A stretch of 63,552 nt of DNA, the filler included, from Octopus bimaculoides (lineage: Eukaryota): the NCBI RefSeq assembly GCF_001194135.2. It is 7 parts of 7 records of this genome, joined end to end, with 100 filler letters (N's around TTAATTAATTAA, not from the genome) between each part and the next. Parts side by side here need not be neighbours in the genome. Positions count along the whole stretch, not along the records: positions 24,316 to 43,399 come from NC_069001.1; positions 43,500 to 59,566 come from NC_068981.1; 5 more parts are not named here. One strand, given 5' to 3'. The notes beneath the pieces are model-generated. The model had not been told where the DNA came from, ran no database searches, and worked only from the letters and a program-made list of their open reading frames with translations. Positions 40,097 to 52,399 of this stretch are shown here, in pieces; position 1 is the stretch's first letter; each line of letters opens with the position of its first letter. A program made the translations under genes and the position numbers.

Positions 40097-40484
40097 TGTA
40101 TATGAAAGTATATATATATANNNNNNNNNNNNNNNNNNNNNNNNNNNNNNNNNNNNNNNNNNNNNNNNNNNNNNNNNNNNNNNNNNNNNNNNNNNNNNNN
40201 NNNNNNNNNNNNNNNNNNNNNNNNNNNNNNNNNNNNNNNNNNNNNNNNNNNNNNNNNNNNNNNNNNNNNNNNNNNNNNNNNNNNNNNNNNNNNNNNNNNN
40301 NNNNNNNNNNNNNNNNNNNNNNNNNNNNNNNNNNNNNNNNNNNNNNNNNNNNNNNNNNNNNNNNNNNNNNNNNNNNNNNNNNNNNNNNNNNNNNNNNNNN
40401 TATTAATTGACGATTCCCTGCCCTCATTTCTTGTATATTATATATATATATATATATATCCATATCTATCTATCTATCTATCTA

Positions 40485-40521
<37 letters not shown>

Positions 40522-40524
40522 TAA

Positions 40525-41045
40525 ATCTCTGAGTGAGGTATAAACAATAGCCGCACAACATTGTGAAGTATATATGTCACCTAAATGTAGCTAACCCTTA
40601 AGGGTTGATGCTCCTGTAGCTTGTAGTCCTAGGAAGACATCTCCTCTAGCTGGCTATTGACATGCTATCTGTGCCCCATCAGTATTTGCAAAGGGAAGTC
40701 ATCATTCCCATCTCCAGCTTGACATGATATACACAGACCTGATTTTCTGGGTATTGACCCATCATCATGATGTGACAACCACCAGTTGCCGATGGGAAGT
40801 GATTCTCAATGCAAATATATATACTTTTTCCAGCGACGAAAAGTCACTGATCTCAATAAAGTGGAAACAAGCAATAATAAATTTCTAAGCGAGGTATAAA
40901 CAGTAGCCGCATAACATTGTGAAGTATATTTTCTACCTAAATGAGGCTTACCCTTAAGGGTTGATGCTACTGTAGCTTATAACCCCAGAAAAAACATCTC
41001 CTCCAGCTGGCTATTGACTCACTATCTGTGCCCTATCAGTCTGAC
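40525..41045 (+). repeat. two diverged copies of an approximately 165-bp repeat
   Basis: 40525-40685 and 40880-41045 share gaggtataaaca.tagccgca.aacattgtgaagtatat, acccttaagggttgatgct.ctgtagctt and catctcctc.agctggctattgac. Confidence 0.85.
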
Positions 41046-41049
41046 CAAT

Positions 41050-42700
41050 ATCATCCTTACTATGAGAAAGACTTTAATTCATTTGAATGATAATAATTAG
41101 AGCCACAACTCATCTACAAATTTCTTCAATATAACCATGGGTGCATTGGACTCAGCCCAGGTTACTGACCTAGTTGGTCTATTCCTTCTCTTCCAAATTA
41201 AACAATACTTCCCTAACCTCTACAGTGCACTATACAGGGATAATGCACTCCTTTCAGCAACTGGATTATCTTGACAATCTGTGGAATGCACCAAGAAAGC
41301 TCTACACAGATTTTTAAAAAACTATAACCTGTGTATTTCATTCGAAATTGACACTAAAGTGGCCAATTTCTTAGATGTTACTCTGGACTTAAATTACAAA
41401 TCTATATCACCCTTTCCAAAAACCTAACCAAGCTCTACACACTATCTAGTCACCTTAAACTTACCCTTAATAGTGTAATCACAGGCATATCTATCAGAAT
41501 CTCCAACTTATCTGCAAACAAAGAAATTTTTTACTGTCATGCCCTATATAATAATCAACCCCTCTAAATAAAAGATCTACTATATCCCTAATACTAAGCT
41601 TAAAACTAAAATTGTACATCTCTTTCCCAATACTAACACCGAATCTACAAACAGTTCTTCCACTCAAGACCAATCCAACAACTCTCAAAAAAATCCTCTA
41701 CACATCACACTTGACAGCCCCACTGGCCACCCTGAGCCTATAAGAACTACAAGCCTCCCCCTCCTGATCTACCCACTACAAACACACATTCTAAACATTT
41801 TAAGGCCAGGAAGCAGGAAATCTTTATGGCTTGCACCACCTTCTTCTCTTCAAATTAAATCTCTACCTAAACTTTTCTTTAAAATCCTAAAATCTAATTT
41901 CCCACCACAGCATAAATACTACTCTATCTTTAATAAACTATTCATGAAAATCTCCTCCTCCACCACACCTAATTTGGGATTCATAATCGCTTCCTCTCAC
42001 AGGTACAAACTTCAACACCAGTCCCTGGAATACCCAAACTCTCACACTGCACTCCAAATTAACCCACCTACTAGCAATAATACAACTCTTAGTAACCCTG
42101 CTCAACTAAATAATGCCAGACTCAAGACATCTTTCCACAATTCTACCCATGCGATAACATATACTAGCTGCGATACCACCTCCCAATCCAATACTGATAC
42201 AGAGTGCATTTCGGCTTCTCCCCACTAATAATGGACCAACAGAGCTCAAATTCTCCAGCAGTAAACTTCAATCATGGAGCAGGTAGGAAAACTTGCAGTT
42301 GTTGGGTTTCTCAATTATGCCCTCTTGGAGGCTTCTGACTCCATAAAAATGTGGTCTACAAGTGCTGTGTTATAACACCCCACTCCCACCAAGCAAGGGT
42401 ATATATCAGCAGCACTGTTGATTTCAAGTGCTGCTACCATGCACATATGAACTCCTTCTGCAATCAAAATTCTAAATTATCAACCCCCTTAGCAACTTAT
42501 ATACACAACCTTAAATCTCAAAATATTCCTTATACCCTATCCTGGTCCATAGTAAGTAAGGTTCCACCATACAATGCAAGCATTGACATGTGTAAATCAT
42601 GTTCAAGAGAATCGCTAACCATTCTTCGCCTTCACAACCCCTCATTAATACATTTTCAGATGTAATTTCGTCTTTTATGCATTTTATTCAATTTATGTAA
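41050..42700 (+). mobile_element. Penelope/Poseidon-type PLE relic (RT plus GIY-YIG)
   Basis: FNITMGALDSAQVTDLVGLFLL..ALYRDNAL..VANFLDVTLDL, RISNLSANKEIF, NVVYKCCV..VYISSTVDFKCCYHAHMNSF..STPLATYIHNLK..YTLSWSIV..CKSCSRESLTI. Confidence 0.9.
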
Positions 42701-43113
42701 TCCCAAAACTGAAAGTATCCATACTCAAAATTAACCTTGAACTAAGACAAAGTCAGCCTGGCAACCTACTACTTACTACCCCCATTAATCTTTCTCACAC
42801 ATAACTTTCCAAATTCTTCTAAACGACCACTTCCCACTTCCCTCATAGCTTCCCCACCCTCCTAAGTAGCTTCTTATTTCTCCTCCTTACTGAAGGTACT
42901 TAACACTACCCCACTCCTTTGGATACTAACCTATCAACCTCTCCTGATTTACTTCCCTCCGGTCAATTTCATACACCTCTGCATACCATAGCACTCCCCC
43001 TCCAATACCAACCCAATTCCTTTGTCCCACTAACAACTGCTATACTGACTACCAACTCACCCACACCCACTCTACCCCCCCACCTCTATCTTCTCTCATA
43101 CCTCTCTACATAC

Positions 43114-43296
43114 TACAGTTCTATATTTAAGAGATGAGGAATTATGTACATTATTTACATTATTTACAATTGACGGATATTTGTCCTCATCTTGTTTGTT
43201 GTTAACACAACGTTTCGGCTGATATACCCTCCAGCCTTCATCAGGTGTCTTGGGGAAATTTTGAACTTGGGTTCTCATTCCTAAGGTATCTTTCGA

Positions 43297-43331
<35 letters not shown>

Positions 43332-43396
43332 TCACTGCCTGGAATTGAACTCGGGATCTTGAAGTTAGTAGCTGGCGCTCTTGACCATTACGCCAT
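43114..43396 (-). mobile_element. tRNA-headed, microsatellite-containing, hammerhead-bearing short element (copy B, full length)
   Basis: A box TGGCGTAATGG (43395-43385), B box GAGTTCAATTCC (43352-43341), (TAA)n, hammerhead, then an (AATGTAAAT)n tail ending ...AGAACTGTA. Confidence 0.85.
43204..43249 (-). ncRNA. minimal type I hammerhead ribozyme
   Basis: GACAC CUGAUGA A GGCUG GAGGGUAUAU CAGCC GAAAC GUU GUGUU. Stem I is GACAC/GUGUU, stem II is GGCUG/CAGCC, and a palindromic AACGUU replaces stem III. Predicted cleavage is after GUU (43209/43208). Confidence 0.72.
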
Positions 43397-43499
43397 AATN
43401 NNNNNNNNNNNNNNNNNNNNNNNNNNNNNNNNNNNNNNNNNNNTTAATTAATTAANNNNNNNNNNNNNNNNNNNNNNNNNNNNNNNNNNNNNNNNNNNN

Positions 43500-43540
<41 letters not shown>

Positions 43541-43878
43541 ATGTGTGTATGTATGTAGGTGTGTGAGCGTGTGTACATACATACATATAGCATGTAATTA
43601 ACCTCCATCGAAATAGAATTTTTTTTATAGGTATTCGTACCCTAAAATCACCGTTATGCATCTATATAGTGGCACTTTCATAATTAATTTGTAGATCAAA
43701 ATTACCTTTCTGTCAGTGTTATCGCGACTCAAGATCACTTTGTTTAGATTGATGCTGTCGTCTTTCTCTTAGTTAATTCTACATCACCAAATTTGCTGAT
43801 TGGATGCAGTTATGAAATACACGATCTTAAACGTACACACATATACGCACAAAGTGTCAGACATAGATATATATAACA

Positions 43879-43944
<66 letters not shown>

Positions 43945-43947
43945 ATT

Positions 43948-44016
<69 letters not shown>

Positions 44017-44079
44017 TTACCTACGTATCTGTGTCTTTGGTTTTACCTACCTGTCTGTGTCTGTCTATTTGTCTGCTTG

Positions 44080-44120
<41 letters not shown>

Positions 44121-44339
44121 TTACATATATCNNNNNNNNNNNNNNNNNNNNNNNNNNNNNNNNNNNNNNNNNNNNNNNNNNNNNNNNNNNNNNNNNNNNN
44201 NNNNNNNNNNNNNNNNNNNNNNNNNNNNNNNNNNNNNNNNNNNNNNNNNNNNNNNNNNNNNNNNNNNNNNNNNNNNNNNNNNNNNNNNNNNNNNNNNNNN
44301 NNNNNNNNNNNNNNNNNNNTGTCTATTTGTCTGCTTGTG

Positions 44340-44418
<79 letters not shown>

Positions 44419-44481
44419 TTACCTACGTATCTGTGTCTTTGGTTTTACCTACCTGTCTGTGTCTGTCTATTTGTCTGCTTG

Positions 44482-44522
<41 letters not shown>

Positions 44523-47134
44523 TTACATATATCGGTATATGTGTGTGTATGTAGGTTCACACGCACACATATATACATAGAAATTTGCATGCATACATAT
44601 CCTAGCACATATCCAAGTATTGTATTGCCTTCCTTTGAGGTTCACAAAATTGATGTTTTCTTGATTAATATTCAGGTTTTACCAAGGTGTATTCCTCTAT
44701 GTTATTGGTTTATTTGTTCTTTACTCTTAGTAATCTTGTGATTTATCTTTCAATCACACACTCACTCCTTCACTCACTGGCTTTCAGTCTCCCTTCCTTA
44801 CTATATAACTTTTCCTAAACCTGATGCATTTGTCAGTTCAGCTCATAGGTTTTTTTTTTTCTTTTTTGTTATATTTGTTTCCACCCTTTTCTCATATGTA
44901 GTATATCCATTTGATATTCCTGTTCGGCACATATCCTTTCTTCCACTTCATATTACCTGCATCCTTGTCATCGTATGAATTATGAAGTTAGTTTTATCTG
45001 AATAGCTTAATGCAAACCGTGTTGATTAGATATTGCACTTGCTTGTCATGTGTCTGCAGCTGTTAGGCACAGATCTAACTGTTATTTGAGTTCGTTTGTT
45101 GAAGTGTTGTAAAAGTATCATATTAGAGGGATTGATTTTAAGCTGATTACATAGGGGAGAAGTCTCTGAGATAATTATATACCGTACACACACACTCACA
45201 CAAATACACACTCAAACATACACACACACACACAGACACTCACATGTACCGCATGCAACTATTTGAGCGTGTATATATATGTACATATATTAATGTTTCT
45301 ATATATACTTACGTATGTATATCTATATATGTATACGTATATAAATATAATCATACTCACAACAATATACATATAATATTTTGTTCTTGATTCGTTCAAA
45401 GCACTGTGCTCTGATCATTAGGACAACTGCCCAAAACAGATGAAACTTGTTGCTGTCTCATTCTTATATGCTTTAGGATTTTTGTTAATTTTGCTTTTAT
45501 TCTGGGTCATAATGTTCTATGGTGAATATATTATTTCAAATTTTGTAGTGAGTTACTGTTAATCACATCTAACTACACTTTTTGTATGTGGCCATTAATG
45601 TATACTTCATTGTTATTATCTCTCTCATAGGTTCTTCCCCCCCCCTTTTTTTTTTGCCTGGCGGATTGTCATTGTATGTTTTTGAAGCATTTTCACAATA
45701 TTTATCAATTATCTACTTTGAATTTTGATACACACTAAATTAACATCTTTCGCTGTACAGTAAATACGAGACTAAATAATATGTGTAAAAAGAACGCCGG
45801 AGTTTCAACATTTGCCTATATTTCTTCTCATCTTAGTTTCCAGAGTTTCAAATATTACTAATGCACCACAGTTGAAGAGACAAATGTTTAAAATTTGTTA
45901 ATTTGTTATTTAATCTTCAATTGATTTCTATGTGGTGCATAACATTAGATTTCCACCAATAATCCCTGAATTAGTAAGACATTAATGTTTTAATGTAATC
46001 ATGGTAAAACGTGTTTGTTCGCTGTGCTTTGGTCTGTGACTTTTCCAGCTGTTTTAGTTTATTTGCTTTTTAAATACTGGTATTCGTTCCTACATCGATC
46101 TGTTGATAATAATGTTCTAGTGGTGGATTACATATCAATATTTTATCTTTTGCAACTCTTATTGAATAGAAACTCTTCGAAACGTATTCTATGCTTTATT
46201 TTCTTTTGGGACACATACCTTTAAATCTTGGATTTTAATATTTTGCATTTCAACTTATCTGTAGCTAATGTTATATTAATAATTTACCTAAGTTATTACT
46301 GTATGCATTATGCTGTCACTATCCAATCCATGCAGATATTAAAGCTCAAATTCTCTTATCCAAAATATCAAAATTGAAAATCTCCAAATTCCGAAAGTAT
46401 TTTTACGTGAAAGAATAAGAATGAAAAAATTTCCAAAAATTCTCGGTATTTTACTTCGAAATATATTTGAAGCAATTATCTTTATCTAATCAGCTGCATT
46501 AAAAAAATCTTCAAATAGAGGGATACATGTCTTTTATGTGAATTTAAATACATCTGTAACTCTTTCTTGTAAATGCTTCGGAATCATTTCGACAGTCTGA
46601 TAGTATTACGTAACGTTTTCACTCTTAAAATGTTTCTTATAAATTTGTTATTTCACTATGTAATGACCCTTCAGTTGTTGTAAATTATACGTATTATCGT
46701 AGCAGTGGTTGATCATCACGTGTGCTAAATTGACGCAAACAGTTAGCAGATTGTTCGACGAAGCTATCTTAATTTTTGCAAGTCAATATTAAACAGCGGA
46801 AAATGGATTTATTTTCTTTATTACTTTCGATTTATTAAAAATTTGTTCTAACATATTTTTATTTTGATCTTTATAAATATTGCTTTTAAATTTTGGATCA
46901 ATGTCAATAATTTCGGGGGAGGGTTAGCCGGTTAAAGTCGACTCTGGCTGCTTTCGAACTCCTAACATAAAATCGGGAAAAATGTTGCCAAGCATCTTGT
47001 CTGGTGTGGTAAGAATTCTGTTAGCTCACCTCTTTAAGAATGAAAGGTAAAGTCGACCTGGAAGTTAATTTGAACTCAGAAGCAGGAGAAGTTCCACGAA
47101 GCATTTTGTCCGGCGTGCTGTCGATCCTATCTCA

Positions 47135-47350
47135 TAAATATTAGTTTCAAATGTTGGTACAAGGTGAGCAAGTTCGAAGGATGGAGTAAGTCGATTACAT
47201 GGTCTCCAGTGCTAAAGTGGTACTTATATCATCGACCCCGAAAGGATGAAAGGCAGAGGTGTCGTCGGTGGAATTTGAACACAGAATGTAAAAGCGGACG
47301 AAATGTCGTTAAGCATTTTACCCGGCGTGCTAACGGTTCTGCCAGCCCAC
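47135..47350 (-). mobile_element. tRNA-derived SINE
   Basis: Minus strand reads gctggcagaaccgttagcacgccggg...gttcaaattcc...gcctttcatcctttcggggtcgat...taagtacca. Confidence 0.85.
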
Positions 47351-48489
47351 CGCTTTCGATCTTATAAATAGAAACATGTTATTTCTTCACAAAAGTCTTT
47401 ACAGTGTATCCGGAAAGATATGTTATTTTATTATATACGAGGCGATAGTGTTGTAAAGGTGAATCATCCGGATTTATTTTGGTGAAAAGCGAAACATTTC
47501 ATAGTAACACTGTGACAAATGCGAAAGTGAACTTGAAACAAATTTATATAGCACTACCTTTATAGAATCTGAATAAGAGTTTATCAGTAATTATATGGGA
47601 TAACATCGGAATGGCTATGTATTTACACATCGCTCCAATTGCGAAGTTGACTCATTTAATAATTACAAATTTACCACCATTCCGAAATTTAAATATTCTA
47701 ATTTCGTAACAGTTTATGTTCCAAGCATTTCGGATAAGAGATTTGCTTCGGCATTGATATTCCGCCACATTCTAGTTTAGTTTACAATCACATACAAAAG
47801 GTTATGGTGTTAACTTAATGGCTATTATTCTATATTTCACGAAATGAATTATATACATACATTTCCTCTTTCTGTATCTTTATCAAAACATTTCAGACAT
47901 ATTATCATGATTTATTTTTTGAAGAAAGTTACAAAATTGTACTAATTTTCTAGAAAACTAATATTTTTCAGATTAAGAATAACAAATCACCAACTCCATT
48001 CGAAGTTTTGTGCGCATATTAATATAATTTACTTTGTTGCCTCAATACATTTTTCTTATTTCTGCGGGAGAGGAAAAAAATGAAAAAAATGATGCAGTTA
48101 GAAAATTTATTATTGACATATGTATAATCTTATTTCTTCTGGAATTATATCGTGAATCAAGAACGAAATAATACACCTACGTAAACAAACATTGTAAAAA
48201 ATACAGTAGATGTGTAGAAGAAAAAGTATTTGTGTCAGCAGGTTGTTTTCTAACATCTACTATATAGTTTTATTCACCAGAAATAAATCACCTGTAGTTT
48301 CATCGAAGTTGATAGGTAAATAATTTCAAGCATTAGTTGGAAACAACTTGATGGATTTGTGTACAACTTATATTGGTGTTGTTATTGATCTTCTGATTCA
48401 TGGCTGAGAGAATTGTTTTAGTAATTTATTGTCTTTATGAGCAAATAATTTTTTCCCATTATTGGCTCGTCGACGTGGTAGCTTCAGTC

Positions 48490-48670
48490 TCGAACTGGCA
48501 AAATCCTTAGAGTTATCGGTTAAAGAAATAATAACTTGCAGTATTTCTTCCGGCTTTTTACGTTTAAAGTTCAAACCACCTTTCATCTTTCAGAGAGGAA
48601 TAAAGTATAGTACCAGTCAAGTGCAGTATCAACGTAATCGACTGCCCTCCAGCACAATGTAGGCCTTGTG
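48490..48670 (+). mobile_element. decayed SINE of the same family as 47135-47350
   Basis: ctggcaaaatccttag...gttcaaa...cctttcatctttc...tagtaccagtcaag...gtaatcgact...ggccttgtg. Confidence 0.65.
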
Positions 48671-49429
48671 TAAAATTTAATATAATTATTATCATTACAT
48701 TTAAAAATCAGCAACTCTAGTATCTACTCCACTGGATGCAGACACAGCTCATTCAGAAAAGACAAAAATGAGAATATTCTTGACGGGTATAATTCGAGGT
48801 CGTTGAGTGATGGTTGATAATGTCGGAAGCTTTTGATTAATTCAAACTAAACAAAATTCAGTTGGACTTGAGGCATTTTTAAAATCTAATCTCTATAATG
48901 AATCTCATGTACTTTGTAGTCGTAGTATCATCGTGAAACACCATCTTCATAGATTTGCGTTCAAAATTTTGACATTGTTTTCAGCAAAATTATCGCTCGA
49001 AAATTATGAGTAAAGCTCTCTGTGATCGTATCTCTTTTCAGCAGCGTCTGCTGCCACCCTGGTCCACAAAAATGAAGATTTTGTCGTTCTGTTGCCAGTT
49101 GTAGTTAGCGACACAGGATAAGCTTAACAGATACACGTTCAAGTCACATGGCAAACCCTCGAAACCGGAAGAATCCCTAGTCGTTACACAGTGCCGCACA
49201 CAGCAAACTATATCTAATTTGTTATTAACAGCTTTATGCAGTGTTGCGTATCTTCCACCGAGAGTCGAGGAAAGACTATGAAACAAGTGCTAAAGTTCAT
49301 TACTGTTCCTGTCCATTACTCAGCATTTGCCGCTGAGAAAAGTGTAACTAGAAGGCCGCACAGAGTTGGCGTCTTCGTTATCTGAACTCTTGTGACGATG
49401 TATCTTTCTTTATGTTTTTGAGCGTAAGA

Positions 49430-49552
49430 AAATCCAAGACGATCAGTTTCCAGTGTTCCTTCAGATTTTCTAAGCCCTGTAAAAGCACTTAGAAGGGTGG
49501 GCGTTCGTGATACCCTTATAGCCAGGCACTTTTCAGCAACCCCCATCGTATA
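49430..49552 (-). mobile_element. mariner-derived non-autonomous fragment
   Basis: Begins tatacgatgggggttgctgaaaagtgcctggct (mariner-like terminus after TA). The downstream cagggcttagaaaatctgaagga resembles the end of a mariner transposase. Confidence 0.45.
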
Positions 49553-50743
49553 TATATTCTGAATACTCACAGTGCAGTTATTTTAAAGGGAGACATATTT
49601 CATTAACACTTGTTGAGAAGCATGGAACTAAAGAAAGAGATAGCGGTAAAATTAGTTTTTGATATTTTAATTTAAGAAATATCTAAGCATGTATTTTAAT
49701 GCAGAGAAAACTGAGTTCATATAATTAAATTAACTTGGTTGTGTGTATTTTGTTACATGTTAACAATCTTGCTGTTTAAAACATTTGGTATTGAGTGGGT
49801 TTAATGTATTATTGTATCAAATAAGCTAACCTGTAGAAGAGTTATTAACCAAAGATGAAAATAAAAGAAACGCAGTCACATTATTTCGAGAATGAGTTGA
49901 AATTGTTAGAAATATTTCCCAAATCTCATCTGTTTTTCATAAGTAAATAAAAGTCCTTGATTCAGATCTGTATTTGATTAGTTTGTGCTAAAGTTGTTCA
50001 CACAAGAAGCATTGCTTTCAGCCACACCCTTTTGTTTTAGTCAAGAATTGAATAGAATCTCTTTATGCTTTGGCAATTCAAAAGAAACATTGAAAAGGGC
50101 CATTAATAAAGTTTCCGCTAACAGAGAAATGTAGTTGCCAAATCGTATCAACGATGTTCTAATAAAACTATTATCAGAAACGGAATCGAATTCCATCTCC
50201 CATTCATATTGTTTCTCAAATCATGTTAATCCCCAGAAACGATTTTACTTCATTAAATTCGTCCGTTGCTTGTTCACTACGTATTGTTTAACCATTAGCG
50301 TGATTTGTGACATGGATGGACTATTGTACTCTCACACGAAACTCACCCCCACCCCATACAAATGGAAATGTAATTCAGGAAAAGCTAATACCATTTAGAA
50401 TGGAAAACATATTGTTCCAGATTGATAAGTCATGTTTGTTAATTGTTTATTGGACAGACAGCGTAAACTAGGACCCGTATTAAACTATGGAGGAATTTTT
50501 AATGCAAAGCATGCTCTTATTACGATTTTCATTGTATGTACTTTCAAGAAAATCATCTCTTTCTTTTCTTTCGTTGTTATATAGTCACAAATTTAAGACA
50601 GTCCATTAACAATTTCAGTATTCTTAATAAACAAGTGGGTATAGTGCCTGTTGTAATAAAATAATTACCCGTCAAGTATTGGGTTCGATTGTATCGATTA
50701 ACACTCTTCTTAAAATTTCTGGCTATGTACCGAAATTAGAAAC

Positions 50744-50798
<55 letters not shown>

Positions 50799-51190
50799 CA
50801 GTAGTGTTATTTTTATAGAGTGCTTTCACTTCACTACCGAGCGCAGCTCAGTGTGCCTTGGGTACGTGCTGTGATGCTCTTATGGTTACTGCATTGAAAG
50901 TGTTTTGCGTAGGATGTGTGCAGTACCCAGTAGTGCAATTTCCTGTATGTTATGTATATTTGTAAGTCTTGGTGATTTTTTATGTATTTGTATGAATATT
51001 TTTTTATTACACCTAAGGCGCCTACTATGATAGGAATTGTTTCTGTTATTAGATTCCACATTCGAGTTACCTCTATTTCCAGGTTTTTGTATTTTGAAAG
51101 TTTTTCCATTTCTTTTAGGGAAACGTTGTCATCTACTTGTATTGATACATCAATTAGAAAGCATTTTTCTTCTTCATGATCTCTGACAAC
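50799..51190 (-). mobile_element. R4/Dong-type LINE 3' end (RLE domain plus 3'UTR) ending in (TAA)n
   Basis: IVVRDHEEEKCFLIDVSIQVDDNVSLKEMEKLSKYKNLEIEVTRMWNL.TETIPIIVGALG..(frameshift)..IQEIALLGTAHILRKTL. Confidence 0.9.
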
Positions 51191-51528
51191 TATTGCGCGA
51201 GTGATGGAGATGATATACAGTTAAAATACTTTATTTCATTTGGAAAATAGAAATAAATTTTAATAAGTATTACTTGGATATAGTCCAACAGTTTGTCATT
51301 TCTTTTAGGTTCCATTTGTTGTGTTTATTCCCGATCATTTTGGATAGAATTCGGAGCAGTGTTTTATCGATCTCACATGATAAACTGCCCGGTCTTCTTC
51401 TTCTTCTTCTTCTTCTTCTTCTTCTTCTTCTTCTTCTTCTTCTTCTTCTTCTTCTTCTTCTTCTTCTTCTTCTTCTTCTTCTTCTTCTTCTTCTTCTTCT
51501 TCTTCTTCTTCTTCTTCTTCTTCTTTTA

Positions 51529-51588
<60 letters not shown>

Positions 51589-51595
51589 TTATTAT

Positions 51596-51975
51596 CTCCG
51601 CTTTAGCGAAAGCAGAGGTATTTTTTTTCGCTTTTAATGTCCCCTTTCTTTTTACGGTCTAACACAGGTATTTCCTTCGAGAGCATGTCTATCCCTGGCT
51701 GGATTCTTCTTTTTCACCATGGATCTTTTCTTTTGTCACTCCCACCATGTTTCTTTTTCTTGACATCAGCAACTACATTTTCTGCTACAAAAATACTTGC
51801 TCCCTTGATCAAATTATTTGTTTCTGTGATGTTGTTTGTTCTGATGTATTTCAGAATTTCATTGACATTTTTCGTTTCTTGGTTCAATTTCCATCGATCA
51901 ACCTTTTTATGGTTGCAAATAATGTCGCTATCGTTCTCTTGTAGTCTTGTCTTTCTTCTGTCGTAGATCCACTCC
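51596..51975 (-). mobile_element. R4/Dong-type LINE pre-RT fragment
   Basis: KLNQETKNVNEILKYIRTNNITETNNLIKGASIFVAE...DPW*KRRIQ matches the ITETN.L...A...PWWKRRI pattern. The fragment ends at a (TAA)n/(GAA)n tract. Confidence 0.75.
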
Positions 51976-52160
51976 AACTGACTTCATAGTAGTTCTCATG
52001 CCGTCTTTAAACCTTTTTTTATGTATACGCCGATAGCGTTTCCCCCTCTTCAAGCGCACCATAAAACAATTGTTTCGGCAGGCGTTCAGCCACCATTCAA
52101 ACAATAAGGCCACACCATCTCATTTGACTCCTCAAAATCATAGCTTTATTTGGGGTGATG
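51975..52160 (-). mobile_element. RTE/BovB-type LINE C-terminal fragment
   Basis: MILRSQMRWCGLIV*MVAERLPKQLFYGALEEGKRYRRIHKKRFKD matches LRW.GHV.RM...RLPKQL.YG.L..GKR..G..KKRFKD. Confidence 0.75.
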
Positions 52161-52399
52161 CTTTACAGATGCATGGACATCTCTGTTAGGAGTAAAATAA
52201 TTCCATTTAATGTTTAAAGTGCAATGATTGCAATTTTTGGTGGAATTCTTCAAGAAATTTATAATGCCTTTCACAACAAGTTAATGTTTCACAAGCATAC
52301 GACATGGATTGTACGGCATATGATTTATAACGCGCCAGGTTTGTATTCTTATTTGTATGTTTACGTCCCAGTAACTTAAAATAAGTAATAGGCTGCCAA

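Noticed and set aside
40610-40685. Possible HDV-like ribozyme in the 165-bp repeat
   Set aside because: I could not assign a consistent P2/P3, the L3 consensus, or a catalytic J4/2 C-N-A-A.
43880-44535. Duplicated (TCTA)n-containing block, and the similar duplication at 60040-60125/60329-60420
   Set aside because: These are near-identical sequences on either side of a gap, so assembly artefact is the simplest explanation.
48398-48586. Minus-strand ORF MKGGLNFKRKK... with an acceptor-like site and a downstream AATAAA, resembling a terminal exon
   Set aside because: Much of it is the antisense of a decayed SINE at 48490-48670.
49571-49627. 57-nt segment with a strong acceptor and a gtgagt donor on the minus strand
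   Set aside because: All three frames contain stops. It could only be a UTR exon, which cannot be supported from sequence alone.
50080-50290. Minus-strand EVKSFLGINMI resembling a piggyBac motif
   Set aside because: It is a single short motif followed by a stop, with no other piggyBac hallmarks.
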